A DNA stretch of 64,000 nt from Planctomycetota bacterium (GTDB lineage Bacteria; Planctomycetota; JAJSAM01; JAJVHW01), in contig CBDFJG010000004.1 of the NCBI GenBank assembly GCA_965248445.1, positions 512,001-576,000 of the forward strand, given 5' to 3'. The notes under the pieces are model-generated. The model had not been told where the DNA came from, did not search any database, and saw only the letters and a list, made by a program, of their open reading frames with translations. Made by a program: the position numbers and the translations under genes. Below, in pieces: positions 42,869 through 53,705 of this stretch; the first letter of the stretch is position 1, and the number at the start of each line of letters is the position of its first letter.

Positions 42869-44430
42869 CGCAGCACCGCCACGGCGTCGCGCGCCAGATC
42901 GGTGACGGAGTCCCAGCCCCAGAGTCCGAGGATGAGCAGCGGAACCGTCAGCGCGACGACGATCGCGAGATCGACGCCGCCCGTCGCCGTGCCGCCGATC
43001 GGCGGGCTCTCGACGCCGTTCTCCGGGGCCGGGGGATCGCGCAGGAACATCTCGCGCATGGGCTTCGCGTAGTAATAGAGCGACACCGCGCCGTTCAGGA
43101 GACCGAACGCCGCCAGGACATACATGCCCTCCTGCACCACTGGTGCGAAGAGCTGCAGCTTGCCAACAAAGCCCGCGGTCGGCGGCAGACCGGTCAGCGA
43201 GATGAGCATGATCGCGAAGCACGCTGCCAACAGTGTCTGCTTGTGGCCGAGGCCGCGCAGCGCGTGCACGTCGTCGGTGCCGAGATCGCGCTTCATCAGC
43301 ATGACGAAGAAGAACGCGCCGAGGTTCATGCAGAGGTAGATCAGGAAGTAGAAGCCGATCGCGGTCAGCGCGTCCGTCGAGGCGTCCGCGTGCAGGACGA
43401 CGACGGCGGTCATCAGCAGGTAGCCCGCGTGCGCGATCGAGGAGTACGCGAGCATGCGCTGCAACTTGTCCTGCCGGAGCGCTGCGAGGTTGCCCCACGT
43501 CATCGTGCCGACGGCGGCCACGGCGAGCATCTTCTCGACGAAGGCTGTGTCCTTGGCGAACAGTTCGCTGAGCGACGGCTCGACCGTCAGTCCAGCGCCC
43601 TGCGCGCCGTACGCCAGCACGCGGAGTCCCACGGCGAAGACAGCGGCCTTGGAGGCGACGGCCAGGAAGCCTGCGATCGGCGTCGGCGCGCCTTCGTAGA
43701 CGTCCGGGCACCAGAACTGGAACGGGAACGCGGCCGCTTTGAACGCGAAGCCGCCGAACGTCATCACCGCGCCCACCATCAAGGCCGGCTCCGCCTGGGC
43801 GGCGAGCAGACGCTCGGCGATCACGTCGAACTGCGTCGAGCCGGTGAACCCCATGATCAGAGTGATGCCGAACAGCATCACGGCGGACGAGACCGATCCG
43901 AAGATGACGTACTTGCCCGACGCCTCGGCGCCCTTGGCGCTCTCGAGGCGGTACCCGGCCATCAGGTAGCCGGTGTACGACACGAGCTCGAACGCGACGT
44001 AGAAGCCGATCAGTTCGGTCGCGCTCGCGAGGTAGCACATGCCGGCGAGCGCGCCGAACATCAGGACCTGGAACTCGCCTTCCTGCCCGTACTTCTTCCC
44101 GGACCGCATGACGGACACGACGGTCAACGCAGCGGTCGCCAGGAAGATCAGTTTGAACAGCCGGCCCAGCCCGTCGACGTGCATGGCGTCCATCGCCCCG
44201 TAGCCGACGCCGACGTTCTCGCCGCCCATGACCACGAGCACGGCGCCGATGACGATTCCCGCCAGCGTGATGAGGGGGTACACGGGGCTCGGGCCCTTGT
44301 GCCGGACGACGTCGATCAGCAGAACGACGACGACCATGGCGCACAGGAAGAACTCGGGCAGCAACGCCCCGAAGTTCTGGAGGGCGTCCGCCTTGAGCGG
44401 TCCCGCGTCCTGTGCGAGGAGGAAGCTCAC
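42865..44430 (-). CDS. nuoN: NADH-quinone oxidoreductase subunit N
   Basis: FKAAAFPFQFWCPDVYEGAPTP; RMLAYSSIAHAGY. Confidence 0.95.
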   Translation of the reverse strand: MSFLLAQDAGPLKADALQNFGALLPEFFLCAMVVVVLLIDVVRHKGPSPVYPLITLAGIVIGAVLVVMGGENVGVGYGAMDAMHVDGLGRLFKLIFLATAALTVVSVMRSGKKYGQEGEFQVLMFGALAGMCYLASATELIGFYVAFELVSYTGYLMAGYRLESAKGAEASGKYVIFGSVSSAVMLFGITLIMGFTGSTQFDVIAERLLAAQAEPALMVGAVMTFGGFAFKAAAFPFQFWCPDVYEGAPTPIAGFLAVASKAAVFAVGLRVLAYGAQGAGLTVEPSLSELFAKDTAFVEKMLAVAAVGTMTWGNLAALRQDKLQRMLAYSSIAHAGYLLMTAVVVLHADASTDALTAIGFYFLIYLCMNLGAFFFVMLMKRDLGTDDVHALRGLGHKQTLLAACFAIMLISLTGLPPTAGFVGKLQLFAPVVQEGMYVLAAFGLLNGAVSLYYYAKPMREMFLRDPPAPENGVESPPIGGTATGGVDLAIVVALTVPLLILGLWGWDSVTDLARDAVAVLR

Positions 44431-46088
44431 TTCTGCTCTTCCTCCCGCAGCAGCACGACACGCAGGCGCTCATCCGCAACGAGCGGAAGCGCGCCGGTGT
44501 CGAGTTCGTCGGCGCCGCCGTCGAGCACGCCCGTGTCGAGCTTCTTGATCTCTACCACGAACGGCTTGCGCCACTCGGCGATCGCGGGATCGATGCCGTC
44601 GATGAATGGCTTCGGGTAGAGGCCCATGAAGAGCGACAGCGCCGCGAGGGGCACCAGCGTGATCGCCTCGCGCATCGACAGGTCGCGGAAGCCGTGCATC
44701 GGCGTCTCCTTCGCCTTGCCGAAGAACACCTTCTGGATCATGACCAGGATGTAGACGGCGCCGAGAACGATGCCGACCGTGCCGATGATGGTGAACACCT
44801 TCGCGTTCGGCAGCTCGCTCTTGAACGAGCCGAAGAACACGAACATCTCCGCCACGAACCCGGAGAGCCCCGGTAGGCCGAGCGATCCGAAGAACGCGAT
44901 CATCGCGACGAACGTGTACTTGGGCAGCGTGCCGAGCAGGCCGCCGAAGCGGTTGAGATCGCGGTGGTGCGCCTGGTCGTAGATGACGCCCACGCAGAGG
45001 AACATCATTCCGCTGAGTAACCCGTGGCTGAACATCTGGAGCACGGCTCCGTTGATACCCTCGGGCGTCATCGCGGCGATGCCGAGCAACACGTAGCCCA
45101 TGTGGCTGACGGACGAGTACGCGACCAGCTTCTTCCAGTCCGTCTGCGCCAGCGCCACCAGCGCGCCGTAGATGATCGAGAACACCGCCAGTGACGCGAG
45201 GTACGGCCACGCTGCGATCGCCGCATCGGGGAACCAGGGGAACGCGATCCGGATCAGTCCGTAGCCGCCGAGCTTCAGCAGGACGCCGGCCAGGATCACG
45301 GAGATCGGAGTCGGCGCCTCCACGTGCGCGAGCGGCAGCCACGTGTGGAACGGGAACACCGGGATCTTGATGGCGAATCCGATGAACAGCGCGACGAACA
45401 GCGTCATGCGCAGCGCGGCGTTGCCCGGGAAGATCGCACTCTGGTGCGCGATGATGTCCGGGATGGAGAATGCGTTCAGCGCCATCCCCACGTACTCGGG
45501 CTTCGCGAACTCCTCACTGAGCTGGAAGTACACGGCCAAGAACGCACCGAGCATCAGCACCGAGCCGACCAGCGTGTAGAGGAAGAACTTGATCGCGGCG
45601 AACTCGCGCTTGGGACCTCCCCAAATGCCAATGAGGAAGTACATCGGCAGGAGCATGACCTCCCAGAACACGTAGAACAGGAACAGGTCCATCGCCACGA
45701 ACGTGCCGAGCATGCCCGTGAGCAGCAGCAAGTACATCGAGTAGAAGCCGCGCACCTTCTTGGTGATCCCCATGCCGGAGATCGCTGCCAGGAAACCGAG
45801 GATGCCGGTCAACAGGATGAGCAGCATCGAGACGCCGTCGACGTCCATCGCGTAGTTGATCTGGAACGAGTCTCCGACGGTGATCCAGGGCTTGCTGAAG
45901 CCCCACTGGCTGGTCTGTCCCAGCAGTTCGGTGTGCGATGCATCGAATTGCAGGTACAGGAAAATCGACAGCACCATCACCACGGCGGTGACAGCGATCG
46001 CGGTCAGTCGCTGCACCCGCGCGCTGTTCGTCAGGAACAGCAGCGGGATGCCGATGACCGGCAGGAAAGTCAGAAGTGTCAGTTCCAT
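44427..46088 (-). CDS. nuoM: NADH-quinone oxidoreductase subunit M
   Basis: FYVFWEVMLLPMYFLIGIWG; KIPVFPFHTWLPLAHVEAPT. Confidence 0.95.
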   Translation of the reverse strand: MELTLLTFLPVIGIPLLFLTNSARVQRLTAIAVTAVVMVLSIFLYLQFDASHTELLGQTSQWGFSKPWITVGDSFQINYAMDVDGVSMLLILLTGILGFLAAISGMGITKKVRGFYSMYLLLLTGMLGTFVAMDLFLFYVFWEVMLLPMYFLIGIWGGPKREFAAIKFFLYTLVGSVLMLGAFLAVYFQLSEEFAKPEYVGMALNAFSIPDIIAHQSAIFPGNAALRMTLFVALFIGFAIKIPVFPFHTWLPLAHVEAPTPISVILAGVLLKLGGYGLIRIAFPWFPDAAIAAWPYLASLAVFSIIYGALVALAQTDWKKLVAYSSVSHMGYVLLGIAAMTPEGINGAVLQMFSHGLLSGMMFLCVGVIYDQAHHRDLNRFGGLLGTLPKYTFVAMIAFFGSLGLPGLSGFVAEMFVFFGSFKSELPNAKVFTIIGTVGIVLGAVYILVMIQKVFFGKAKETPMHGFRDLSMREAITLVPLAALSLFMGLYPKPFIDGIDPAIAEWRKPFVVEIKKLDTGVLDGGADELDTGALPLVADERLRVVLLREEEQK

Positions 46089-46092
46089 GCGT

Positions 46093-48096
46093 TCACCTGC
46101 TGGCCGCGTAGAGCATGATCACGGCGAAGACCGCGACCGACGTCACGGCGCCGAAGAGGTAGTTCCGAACCCGGCCGCTCTGGAAGCGGCTGAGGATGCC
46201 CCCGCCGCCCCACATGGCGCCGGCGGTTGCCTGCACCGCCCCGTCCACGACACCGTCGTCCACAACGCCGCTGGCGTCGGACGTCTTCATCGTGACCGAA
46301 CCGGCACCGTCCACGAACCCGTCGAGGACGTCGTTGTCGAACCAGGACGAGAGAGCCGCGAAGAGGTTCGTCGTCTTGATCAGGCAGAAATCGACGATCT
46401 CGTCGATGTAGTACTTGCCGGCCGCGGCCGCGTAGATCGGCGCCACGGCGGCGCGCATACGCTGCCGCAGCGCGGTACCAAACGCGGGCACGTACCAGAG
46501 CGTCGCGAGGGCGATCCCGCCGAACGCCACGCAGAGCGACACGACGAGCGCCACCGAGTGCGCGTGATGCGCCACGTCGCCGTCCAGATTGAACGATCGC
46601 GCGAACGCGGAGAGCGGCATGCTCTCGATCGGCAGCAACGCGTTGTGCCAGCCGTAACCGCCCGCAATCGCGAGCGTGGCCAGGACGACGAGCCCCGTCG
46701 TCATGGTCCACGGCGACTCGTGCGCGTGGTCGTGCACGTGCTGGTCGCGTGGCTTGCCCTCAAACGTGAGGTAGTAGCTGCGGAACATGTACGCGGCCGT
46801 CATCAGCGCGGCCAGCGCGAGCAGCACGAAGATGACCTTGTAGGTGAAGTCGAAGTAGCCGTTCCCGGCCCACAGCGACTGCAGGATCATGTCCTTGCTG
46901 AAGAATCCCGCTGTGAACGGGAACCCGGCGATGGCCAGGCACGCGACCAGGTACGTGATCGCCGTGATGGGCATCTTCTTCCGCAGCCCGCCCATCTGCG
47001 TCATGTCCTGCAGGTGGTGGCAACCGTGGATCACGGAGCCTGACCCGAGGAACAGGCAGGCCTTGAACATCGCGTGCGTCGCGAGGTGGAACAGGCCGGC
47101 CTTCCAGGCGATGTTGGATCCGACGCCGAGCGCCGTGAACATGAAGCCGAGTTGACTGACCGTCGAATAGGCCAGCACCTGCTTGATGTCGGTTCGAGTG
47201 AACGCAATCGTCGCGGCGAACAACGCGGTGAAGCAGCCGATGACCGAGATGATCACCAGCGCGCCGGGCGACGCGACGATCAGGGTGTACATGCGCCCGA
47301 CGAGGTAGACGCCCGCCGCAACCATCGTGGCCGCGTGGATCAGGGCCGACACGGGCGTCGGGCCTTCCATCGCGTCCGGCAGCCAGATGTGCAGAGGGAA
47401 CTGCGCCGACTTGCCGGCCGCGCCCATGAACAGCCCGAGCGCGATCCAGATCTTCGCGCCACCCGGGATCATGTGCAGGTTGGCGAAGATCTCCGCGAAC
47501 TGGAGTTTGTCCGTGTAGAGGTAGATCGCCAGCAGCGCGAGGAACATGCCGACGTCGCCGACGCGCGTCGTCATGAACGCCTTCTTGGCCGCCTGGTAGG
47601 CCGACGTCTTGAAGTAGAAGTGGCCGATCAGCTTGTAGGACGCGAGCCCCATCACCTCCCACGAGATGTAGAGCGTGAGGAGGTTGTCGCTGATGACGAG
47701 TCCGAGCATCGAGCACGTGAAGAGCCCGAGCCACCGGTAGAAGTCCGTGTACCGGTCGTCGCCCTGCATGTAGCCCTTCGAGAAGAGGTGCACGAGGAAC
47801 GAAACAATCGTCACGACGAGCAACATCGCGAGCGTCAGCCCGTCCAGCGCGATGCCGATCGTCCAGTCGATCCCGCCGACCGACAGCCAGACGAACTCCC
47901 AGGTCTGCCCGGCGTACTCCGCGTGACCGAGACCGAGAGCCGCGGCGCACGCCAGCGCCACGCCCATGCAGCCGATGCCGATGGCGTCCGCGCCGCGGAC
48001 CGACTGCTTGCCGATCATCTGCAGCGCACCGATCACGCAGGCCGCGAGGAGCGGCATCACGAGGATGACGACGGCCAGCAGGATCCCGGTGGGCAT
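46093..48096 (-). CDS. nuoL: NADH-quinone oxidoreductase subunit L
   Basis: GKSAQFPLHIWLPDAMEGPTPVSALIHAATMVAAG. Confidence 0.95.
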   Translation of the reverse strand: MPTGILLAVVILVMPLLAACVIGALQMIGKQSVRGADAIGIGCMGVALACAAALGLGHAEYAGQTWEFVWLSVGGIDWTIGIALDGLTLAMLLVVTIVSFLVHLFSKGYMQGDDRYTDFYRWLGLFTCSMLGLVISDNLLTLYISWEVMGLASYKLIGHFYFKTSAYQAAKKAFMTTRVGDVGMFLALLAIYLYTDKLQFAEIFANLHMIPGGAKIWIALGLFMGAAGKSAQFPLHIWLPDAMEGPTPVSALIHAATMVAAGVYLVGRMYTLIVASPGALVIISVIGCFTALFAATIAFTRTDIKQVLAYSTVSQLGFMFTALGVGSNIAWKAGLFHLATHAMFKACLFLGSGSVIHGCHHLQDMTQMGGLRKKMPITAITYLVACLAIAGFPFTAGFFSKDMILQSLWAGNGYFDFTYKVIFVLLALAALMTAAYMFRSYYLTFEGKPRDQHVHDHAHESPWTMTTGLVVLATLAIAGGYGWHNALLPIESMPLSAFARSFNLDGDVAHHAHSVALVVSLCVAFGGIALATLWYVPAFGTALRQRMRAAVAPIYAAAAGKYYIDEIVDFCLIKTTNLFAALSSWFDNDVLDGFVDGAGSVTMKTSDASGVVDDGVVDGAVQATAGAMWGGGGILSRFQSGRVRNYLFGAVTSVAVFAVIMLYAASR

Positions 48097-48422
48097 CAGC
48101 CCTTCATCTCCGTGTAGTCATCGACGCTGATGCTGGCCGCGTGGTGGAAGACGTGCAGCACGATGGCGAGCGCGACGGCGGCCTCGGCGGCCGCGAGCAT
48201 CACGACGAAGATCGCGTAGACGGCGCCGTCGATGTACGGACCGCCACCCGGTGCGTGCGCGTAGCGGCTGAACGCAACGAGGTTGATGTTGCACGCGTTC
48301 AGCATGAGCTCGATGCCGATCAGCACCGCGATGGCATTGCGCCGGAGCGTCACCGCCATCACGCCGACCGAGAAGAGCATCGCGCCGAGTACGAGGAAGT
48401 GAGTCAGCTCGAGGCCGCCCAT
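48096..48422 (-). CDS. nuoK: NADH-quinone oxidoreductase subunit K
   Basis: RRNAIAVLIGIELMLNA; AAAEAAVALAI. Confidence 0.93.
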   Translation of the reverse strand: MGGLELTHFLVLGAMLFSVGVMAVTLRRNAIAVLIGIELMLNACNINLVAFSRYAHAPGGGPYIDGAVYAIFVVMLAAAEAAVALAIVLHVFHHAASISVDDYTEMKG

Positions 48423-48943
48423 CAGCGGGTCCCTCCACGAGCGACCCGCGCCGCGCCGACCAGCACGACGAGCAGCAGGATAGAAGCGAACTCGAACGGC
48501 AGCAGGTAGTCCGTCAGGAGCGAGCGGCCGATCCGCGCCGTCGTCTCGAAGGCGTCCACAGGTCCGCCGGAGAAGTGCGGGAGCCGCGCCCACGAAGTGC
48601 CGGTGATCGCCCATGACAGGCCACCGAACGTGAGGCCGCCGGCGAGAGCCGCCGGCAGGTAGTTGCGCTTGCGCACGACGCGGTACTCGTCCGGCACGCG
48701 GTCGGTGAGGAGGATGCCGAAGCAGAGCAGGATCAGGATGCCGCCCACGTAGACGACGACCTGCGTGACGGCCATGAAGTCGCTGCCGAGCACGGCGTAG
48801 ATGCCGGCGACGCAGAAGAACGTCGCCAACAGGGCGAACGCGCAATGGACGATCTTGTGCGCCGTAGCCGCAACGATGCCCGACGCGATCGCGAGGGACG
48901 CGAACGCGTAGAAGGCCAGCTGGACGCCGATCCCTTCGCTCAT
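48422..48943 (-). CDS. nuoJ: NADH-quinone oxidoreductase subunit J
   Basis: QVVVYVGGILIL; YLLPFEFASILLL. Confidence 0.93.
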   Translation of the reverse strand: MSEGIGVQLAFYAFASLAIASGIVAATAHKIVHCAFALLATFFCVAGIYAVLGSDFMAVTQVVVYVGGILILLCFGILLTDRVPDEYRVVRKRNYLPAALAGGLTFGGLSWAITGTSWARLPHFSGGPVDAFETTARIGRSLLTDYLLPFEFASILLLVVLVGAARVARGGTR

Positions 48944-49500
48944 GTGTTCCTGGCCGGGTCCTGGTCCACGAGCGTCTCGATGCCGTGCTCGGCGCGTTCC
49001 TTGCGCTTCTTCTCGAAGAGACCTTCCTGCTGGAACTCCTTCACCATCTCGAGCGCGTGCGAGCTGCGCACCTGGACCGGGTAGCCGCCCTCGTGGAACT
49101 TCACGACCATCTCGTCGCGGTTGTGGCCGGGCAGCGAGTAACGCTCACCGAGGACGATGCACTCGGCCGGGCACGGCGGGACGCACAGTGCACAGAACAG
49201 GCACTTGCTGTAGTCGATGTCGAACCGCGTCATGATCGCGGCCTTGCCCTTGCCGACCGACTCGATGTAGATGCAGTCCACCGGGCACGCTTTCGCGCAG
49301 AGCTCGCAGCTGATGCAGCGATCGACGTCGAACTCGTGCAGTCCGCGGTGCGTGACCTTGTCGATCGGCAGCTTCTCGAACGGGTAGTTCAGGACGAAGC
49401 GGTTCTTCACCGGGATGTTCTTCACGAAGTAGCTCGCGGTGATCTTCAGACCCTGAGCGGTCGTGCGGATGCTCTCGTAGATGTTCCCGAAGTAGCTCAA
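48940..49500 (-). CDS. nuoI: NADH-quinone oxidoreductase subunit I
   Basis: CISCELCAKACP and CLFCALCVPPCP; TTG start overlapping the nuoH stop. Confidence 0.93.
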   Translation of the reverse strand: MSYFGNIYESIRTTAQGLKITASYFVKNIPVKNRFVLNYPFEKLPIDKVTHRGLHEFDVDRCISCELCAKACPVDCIYIESVGKGKAAIMTRFDIDYSKCLFCALCVPPCPAECIVLGERYSLPGHNRDEMVVKFHEGGYPVQVRSSHALEMVKEFQQEGLFEKKRKERAEHGIETLVDQDPARNT

Positions 49501-50687
49501 GCGGCACCTCCGGACATGAGCGCCGCGAGCCCGTTCGCAAGCATGCAGACCAGCGCGAACGGAACGAAGTACTTGTAGCACATGCTCATCACCTGATCGA
49601 TGCGCAGGCGCGGTAGCGTCCAGCGGATCTGCATCATCAAGATGAAGAGTCCGATGGTCTTCCACGAGAACTCGACGACGCCCGCAACGACCGACGGCAC
49701 GTCGAAGTTCGTGAGCAATCCGTAGAACGGACCGCTGCCCCATCCACCGAGGAACAGCGTCACCGTGATCCCGGACAACGCAAACATCGCCGCGTACTCG
49801 CCGAGGAAGAACAGGCCCCAGCGCATGCCCGAGTACTCGGTCAGGAATCCGGACACGAGTTCGGACTCGGACTCCGGCAAGTCGAACGGCGCACGCTTCA
49901 GGTTGGCGAGCACGCACACGTAGAAGATGACGAGCACGATGATGTTGAACGGGAACGCAGCGAACACGAACCAACCCGCGCCCCACTGTGCGACCGAGTC
50001 CGGAATGCCGAAGCCCCAGATCGACGCACCGGCCTGCTGACCCGCAACGATGTCGCCCATCGACAGGGAGCCGACGAGCAGCACGGGGCAGATCGCGGCG
50101 AGACTCATGGGGATCTCGTACGACACAACCTGCGCGACCTCGCGCATCGCGCCGAGCAGCGACCATTTGTTGTTCGAGGACCACCCGGCCATGAGCACCG
50201 CAATGACCTCGATGGCCCCGACCGCCAGCAGATAGAAGATGCCGACGTTCACGTCGGCCGCGATCAACCCGTCACTGAGCGGGAGTGCTGCGAAGAGCGC
50301 GAGTGCACCGGCGAATCCGATGACGGGCGCTGCGATGAAGAGGAGCGGCTCGCCCTTGGGCGGAACGAAGTCCTCCTTGCCGAGCAGCTTGATGCCGTCG
50401 GCGAGGGACTGACCGAGGCCCCACAGGCGCGCCCACTTGTGCTTCTTGTGCAGGAACGGGATGCCGACGAAGTTCGGACCCGACCGGTCCTGCATGAGTG
50501 CGGACACGCGGCGCTCCGCCCACACGCCGAGCAGTCCGACCGGCGTGACCACCGCGAGCACGACGAGGATGGCGGGCACGAGGCCGAGCACCGTGTTCTG
50601 GGCGAACGGCGGCACCTTGTCCCAATACGGGACGTAGTCCGCGGCAAGCTTCGCGAGCTCCGGTGCTTCGAGCGCGAGGAGGTTCAC
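49497..50687 (-). CDS. nuoH: NADH-quinone oxidoreductase subunit H
   Basis: ERRVSALMQDRSGPN; ADGIKLLGKED; RAPFDLPESESELV. Confidence 0.95.
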   Translation of the reverse strand: MNLLALEAPELAKLAADYVPYWDKVPPFAQNTVLGLVPAILVVLAVVTPVGLLGVWAERRVSALMQDRSGPNFVGIPFLHKKHKWARLWGLGQSLADGIKLLGKEDFVPPKGEPLLFIAAPVIGFAGALALFAALPLSDGLIAADVNVGIFYLLAVGAIEVIAVLMAGWSSNNKWSLLGAMREVAQVVSYEIPMSLAAICPVLLVGSLSMGDIVAGQQAGASIWGFGIPDSVAQWGAGWFVFAAFPFNIIVLVIFYVCVLANLKRAPFDLPESESELVSGFLTEYSGMRWGLFFLGEYAAMFALSGITVTLFLGGWGSGPFYGLLTNFDVPSVVAGVVEFSWKTIGLFILMMQIRWTLPRLRIDQVMSMCYKYFVPFALVCMLANGLAALMSGGAA

Positions 50688-51913
50688 CGATCTACCTCAC
50701 CGAGCACGATGTCGATGGAGCCGATGATCGCGACGAGGTCGGCGATCAGGTAGCCGCGTGAGATCTCCGGCAGCACCGCGATGTTGCTGAACGCCGGGCC
50801 GCGGATCTTGCAGCGGTACGGGGCGTTCTTCGCATCGGACACGAGGTAGAACGCGAGCTCGCCGCGCGGGTTTTCACCGCGCACGTACACCTCGGCATCG
50901 CGCGGGCCGCGCAGCACACGCGGCACGTCCGGGTTGATGTACGGCTGGTACATCGACTTCGGCGTGATCTTCGGATCGCGGCCGGGCAGCCTGTCGATGG
51001 CCTGTCGCACGATCTTGATGGACTCGGCCAGCTCCTGGGCACGTATCCAGTGACGGTTCCAGCAGTCACCGACTGTGCCGTACTTGCCGTCTGCAACTGG
51101 AATGCGCCACTCGACCTGGTCGTACAGGCCGTAGGGATCGTCGCGCCGCGTGTCCCAATCCACCGCCGACGCGCGCAACGCGGGTCCCGTGATCCCGTGC
51201 GCGAGCGCCTTTTTGCGCGACAGTATCCCAACACCCATGGTGCGCTGCTTGAACACCTTGTTCCAGGTGGTCAGCGTGTTGTACTGCTCCATCTTCTCCT
51301 CGACGATGTCGAGGAACTCGAGCGCTTCCTGGATCCACTCGTCGGTGAGATCGCGCGCCACGCCGCCCACGCGGAAGAAGTGGTAGAGCATGCGACCGCC
51401 GGAGATCGCCTCGAACAGCGAGTTGCTGCGTTCGCGCTCGCGGTAGCAGTAGAGGAACGGCGTGAACGCGCCGATGTCGAGGCCGTACACACCGATCGAG
51501 AAGATGTGCGACGCGATGCGTCCCAGCTCCGCGATGATCAGGCGGATCCACTGGATGCGCTCGGGGATCGCGATGCCGCAGAGCTTCTCGACGGCGCGCG
51601 CGTAGCACTCCTCGTTGTTCATCGCCGCGAGGTAGTCGAGGCGATCCGTGTACGGCATGAACTGCCAGTACTGGACGTGCTCCGCGATCTTCTCCTTGCA
51701 GCGGTGCAGGTTGCCGATCATCGGCTCGCAGTCGAGCACGACCTCGCCGTCGGTCTTGACCGCAACGCGCAATACGCCGTGTGTCGCCGGGTGCTGCGGC
51801 CCCATGTTGACGACCATCTCCTCGGACGGCGCGTCGCGGGCGGGCACCCAATACTCCGGAAGCGGGTCGTCGAGAGTGCGCTCCGCGACGCCTGGCAACT
51901 CTGTGGCGCTCAT
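50684..51913 (-). CDS. nuoD: NADH-quinone oxidoreductase subunit D
   Basis: NMGPQHPATHGVLR; DRLDY; GSIDIVLGEVDR. Confidence 0.96.
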   Translation of the reverse strand: MSATELPGVAERTLDDPLPEYWVPARDAPSEEMVVNMGPQHPATHGVLRVAVKTDGEVVLDCEPMIGNLHRCKEKIAEHVQYWQFMPYTDRLDYLAAMNNEECYARAVEKLCGIAIPERIQWIRLIIAELGRIASHIFSIGVYGLDIGAFTPFLYCYRERERSNSLFEAISGGRMLYHFFRVGGVARDLTDEWIQEALEFLDIVEEKMEQYNTLTTWNKVFKQRTMGVGILSRKKALAHGITGPALRASAVDWDTRRDDPYGLYDQVEWRIPVADGKYGTVGDCWNRHWIRAQELAESIKIVRQAIDRLPGRDPKITPKSMYQPYINPDVPRVLRGPRDAEVYVRGENPRGELAFYLVSDAKNAPYRCKIRGPAFSNIAVLPEISRGYLIADLVAIIGSIDIVLGEVDR

Positions 51914-52711
51914 CTAGGCGCCCCTCTTGGGCGGCAACTGGAAGCCAGACGGCAACGGCGGCCAGTTGCCGCCGGAAGGCGCGGGCGGTGCGGCGGACGC
52001 CGGCGGCGACGGTGGTGCCTTCGGCGGGAGCTTCATGCCGCCGGGGAGCGCCGGGGCCCCGCCTGAATTCGCACTGGGCATCGTCATGCCGGGCGGCAGC
52101 GGCGGCGCACCGGAGGACGCAGGCTTCGCAGCAGCCGGCTTCGCCGCGGCGGCTGTGGGCGCATCTCCGTGCTTCGCGGCGCGACGGGCGGACTCCTCGG
52201 CTCGCGAGTCCTCCTCGAGCTTGCGGATCATCCCGATGCTCGGAACGCCGTGGTACTCGAGCGGGTTGCCCTCGTCCTTCCTGAGCGGCCAGCCCTCCCA
52301 GTCGGACGGCAGCAGGATGCGGCGCAGGTTCGGGTGACCCTGGAAGACGACTCCGAACATGTCGTACGTCTCGCGCTCGTGCCAGTCGGCGGCGGGCCAG
52401 ACGGCCGTCACCGACGGGCACGTCGCGTCGTCCCGTGACGGCGTGTCGACCTTGACACAGATGCCGTGCTTCCTGTCCACGGAGTAGAGATGGACGACGA
52501 CCTCGAAGTGCGCGAGGCGGTCCACCGCGGTGACGTCGTGGCACACCTCCATTTGCGTCCGGTCGTCGTCGCGCAGGAAACGGCAGGCGCCCACGTACGT
52601 GTCGCGGCCGACCTTGACCCACTCCTTGAGATCGTCGGTCGAGACCTCGAGGACCGCGTCCCCGAACTGCTCCTTGAGCAGGTCACCGAATTCCGCGACG
52701 GACAGGCCCAC
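51914..52711 (-). CDS. nuoC: NADH-quinone oxidoreductase subunit C with low-complexity C-terminal extension
   Basis: [25 protein letters not shown]...PLRKD. Confidence 0.95.
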   Translation of the reverse strand: MGLSVAEFGDLLKEQFGDAVLEVSTDDLKEWVKVGRDTYVGACRFLRDDDRTQMEVCHDVTAVDRLAHFEVVVHLYSVDRKHGICVKVDTPSRDDATCPSVTAVWPAADWHERETYDMFGVVFQGHPNLRRILLPSDWEGWPLRKDEGNPLEYHGVPSIGMIRKLEEDSRAEESARRAAKHGDAPTAAAAKPAAAKPASSGAPPLPPGMTMPSANSGGAPALPGGMKLPPKAPPSPPASAAPPAPSGGNWPPLPSGFQLPPKRGA

Positions 52712-52720
52712 GGGTCTCGT

Positions 52721-53701
52721 CTACCTCAGGTGCAGGGGGGTGTAAGGCTGCGGCGGACCCGACGGCGCGTCGCGGTTTGCTGCGAGCACCGCCGGCGGCA
52801 GTGGACCGCTCGCGAGGAGGGCTGTCGGGGGGAAGTCGCCACCGCCCGCCGGCGCGGCCGCAGCGGCGGGAGTGGACGGGGCCGCAGGCGCAGACGGGGC
52901 CGCGGGCTTCGCCGGGAGCTTCATCCCGCCGGGGAGCGGCGGCGCCCCGCCTGAACTCGCCCCACCTGAACTGGCACTGGGTAGCTTCATCCCACCCGGC
53001 AACGGCGGTGCCTTCAGCGACGGCGCCTTCGCGGGCGCCGACGGAGCGGACAGCTTCGGCGCCGCGCGCGTCGGCGCGGCCGCGGCGGCTGAAGGGATGC
53101 CGGGCATGCGCCCATCCATCACGTCGGACTGGCCCTTGCGGACGGCGTCGGCGATGGCCGCCTGCTGATCGATCGAGCCGCGTGTGAAGATCAACTCCTG
53201 CAGCTTCTGCAGACCGTCGATCAGCGCCTCGGGTCGCGGGGGGCAGCCCGGCACGTGCACATCCACGGGGATCACGAGATCGACTCCCTGGACCACGTGG
53301 TAGCCCCACTTCGAGTACGGGCCGCCGCCTACGGTGCACGCCCCCATCGCGATGACCCACTTGGGCTCGGCCATCTGCTCCCACAAACGGCGAACGCGGT
53401 GCGCCATCTTGTACGTGACGGTGCCCGCCGTGATCATGAGGTCCGCCTGGCGCGGCGTGGCGCGGAACGCACCGCAGCCCAGCCGGTCGACGTCGTAGCG
53501 CGTGGCGGCGAAGCCCATCATCTCGATGGCGCAGCACGCGAGACCGAAGGTCATCGGCCAGACCGCGTTGCCGCGGCCCCACGCGATCACGTCGCGTAGA
53601 CCGACGACCGTCGTCAAGAACGCTGCGTCGTCGTCGAGCGCGCCGCCGGGGCCGGGGCGCAACAGGTTCCAGTCGCTCGGACGGTATACCTCGGCAGTCA
53701 T
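52721..53701 (-). CDS. nuoB: NADH-quinone oxidoreductase subunit B with low-complexity C-terminal extension
   Basis: [29 protein letters not shown]. Confidence 0.95.
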   Translation of the reverse strand: MTAEVYRPSDWNLLRPGPGGALDDDAAFLTTVVGLRDVIAWGRGNAVWPMTFGLACCAIEMMGFAATRYDVDRLGCGAFRATPRQADLMITAGTVTYKMAHRVRRLWEQMAEPKWVIAMGACTVGGGPYSKWGYHVVQGVDLVIPVDVHVPGCPPRPEALIDGLQKLQELIFTRGSIDQQAAIADAVRKGQSDVMDGRMPGIPSAAAAAPTRAAPKLSAPSAPAKAPSLKAPPLPGGMKLPSASSGGASSGGAPPLPGGMKLPAKPAAPSAPAAPSTPAAAAAPAGGGDFPPTALLASGPLPPAVLAANRDAPSGPPQPYTPLHLR

Positions 53702-53705
53702 GGAC

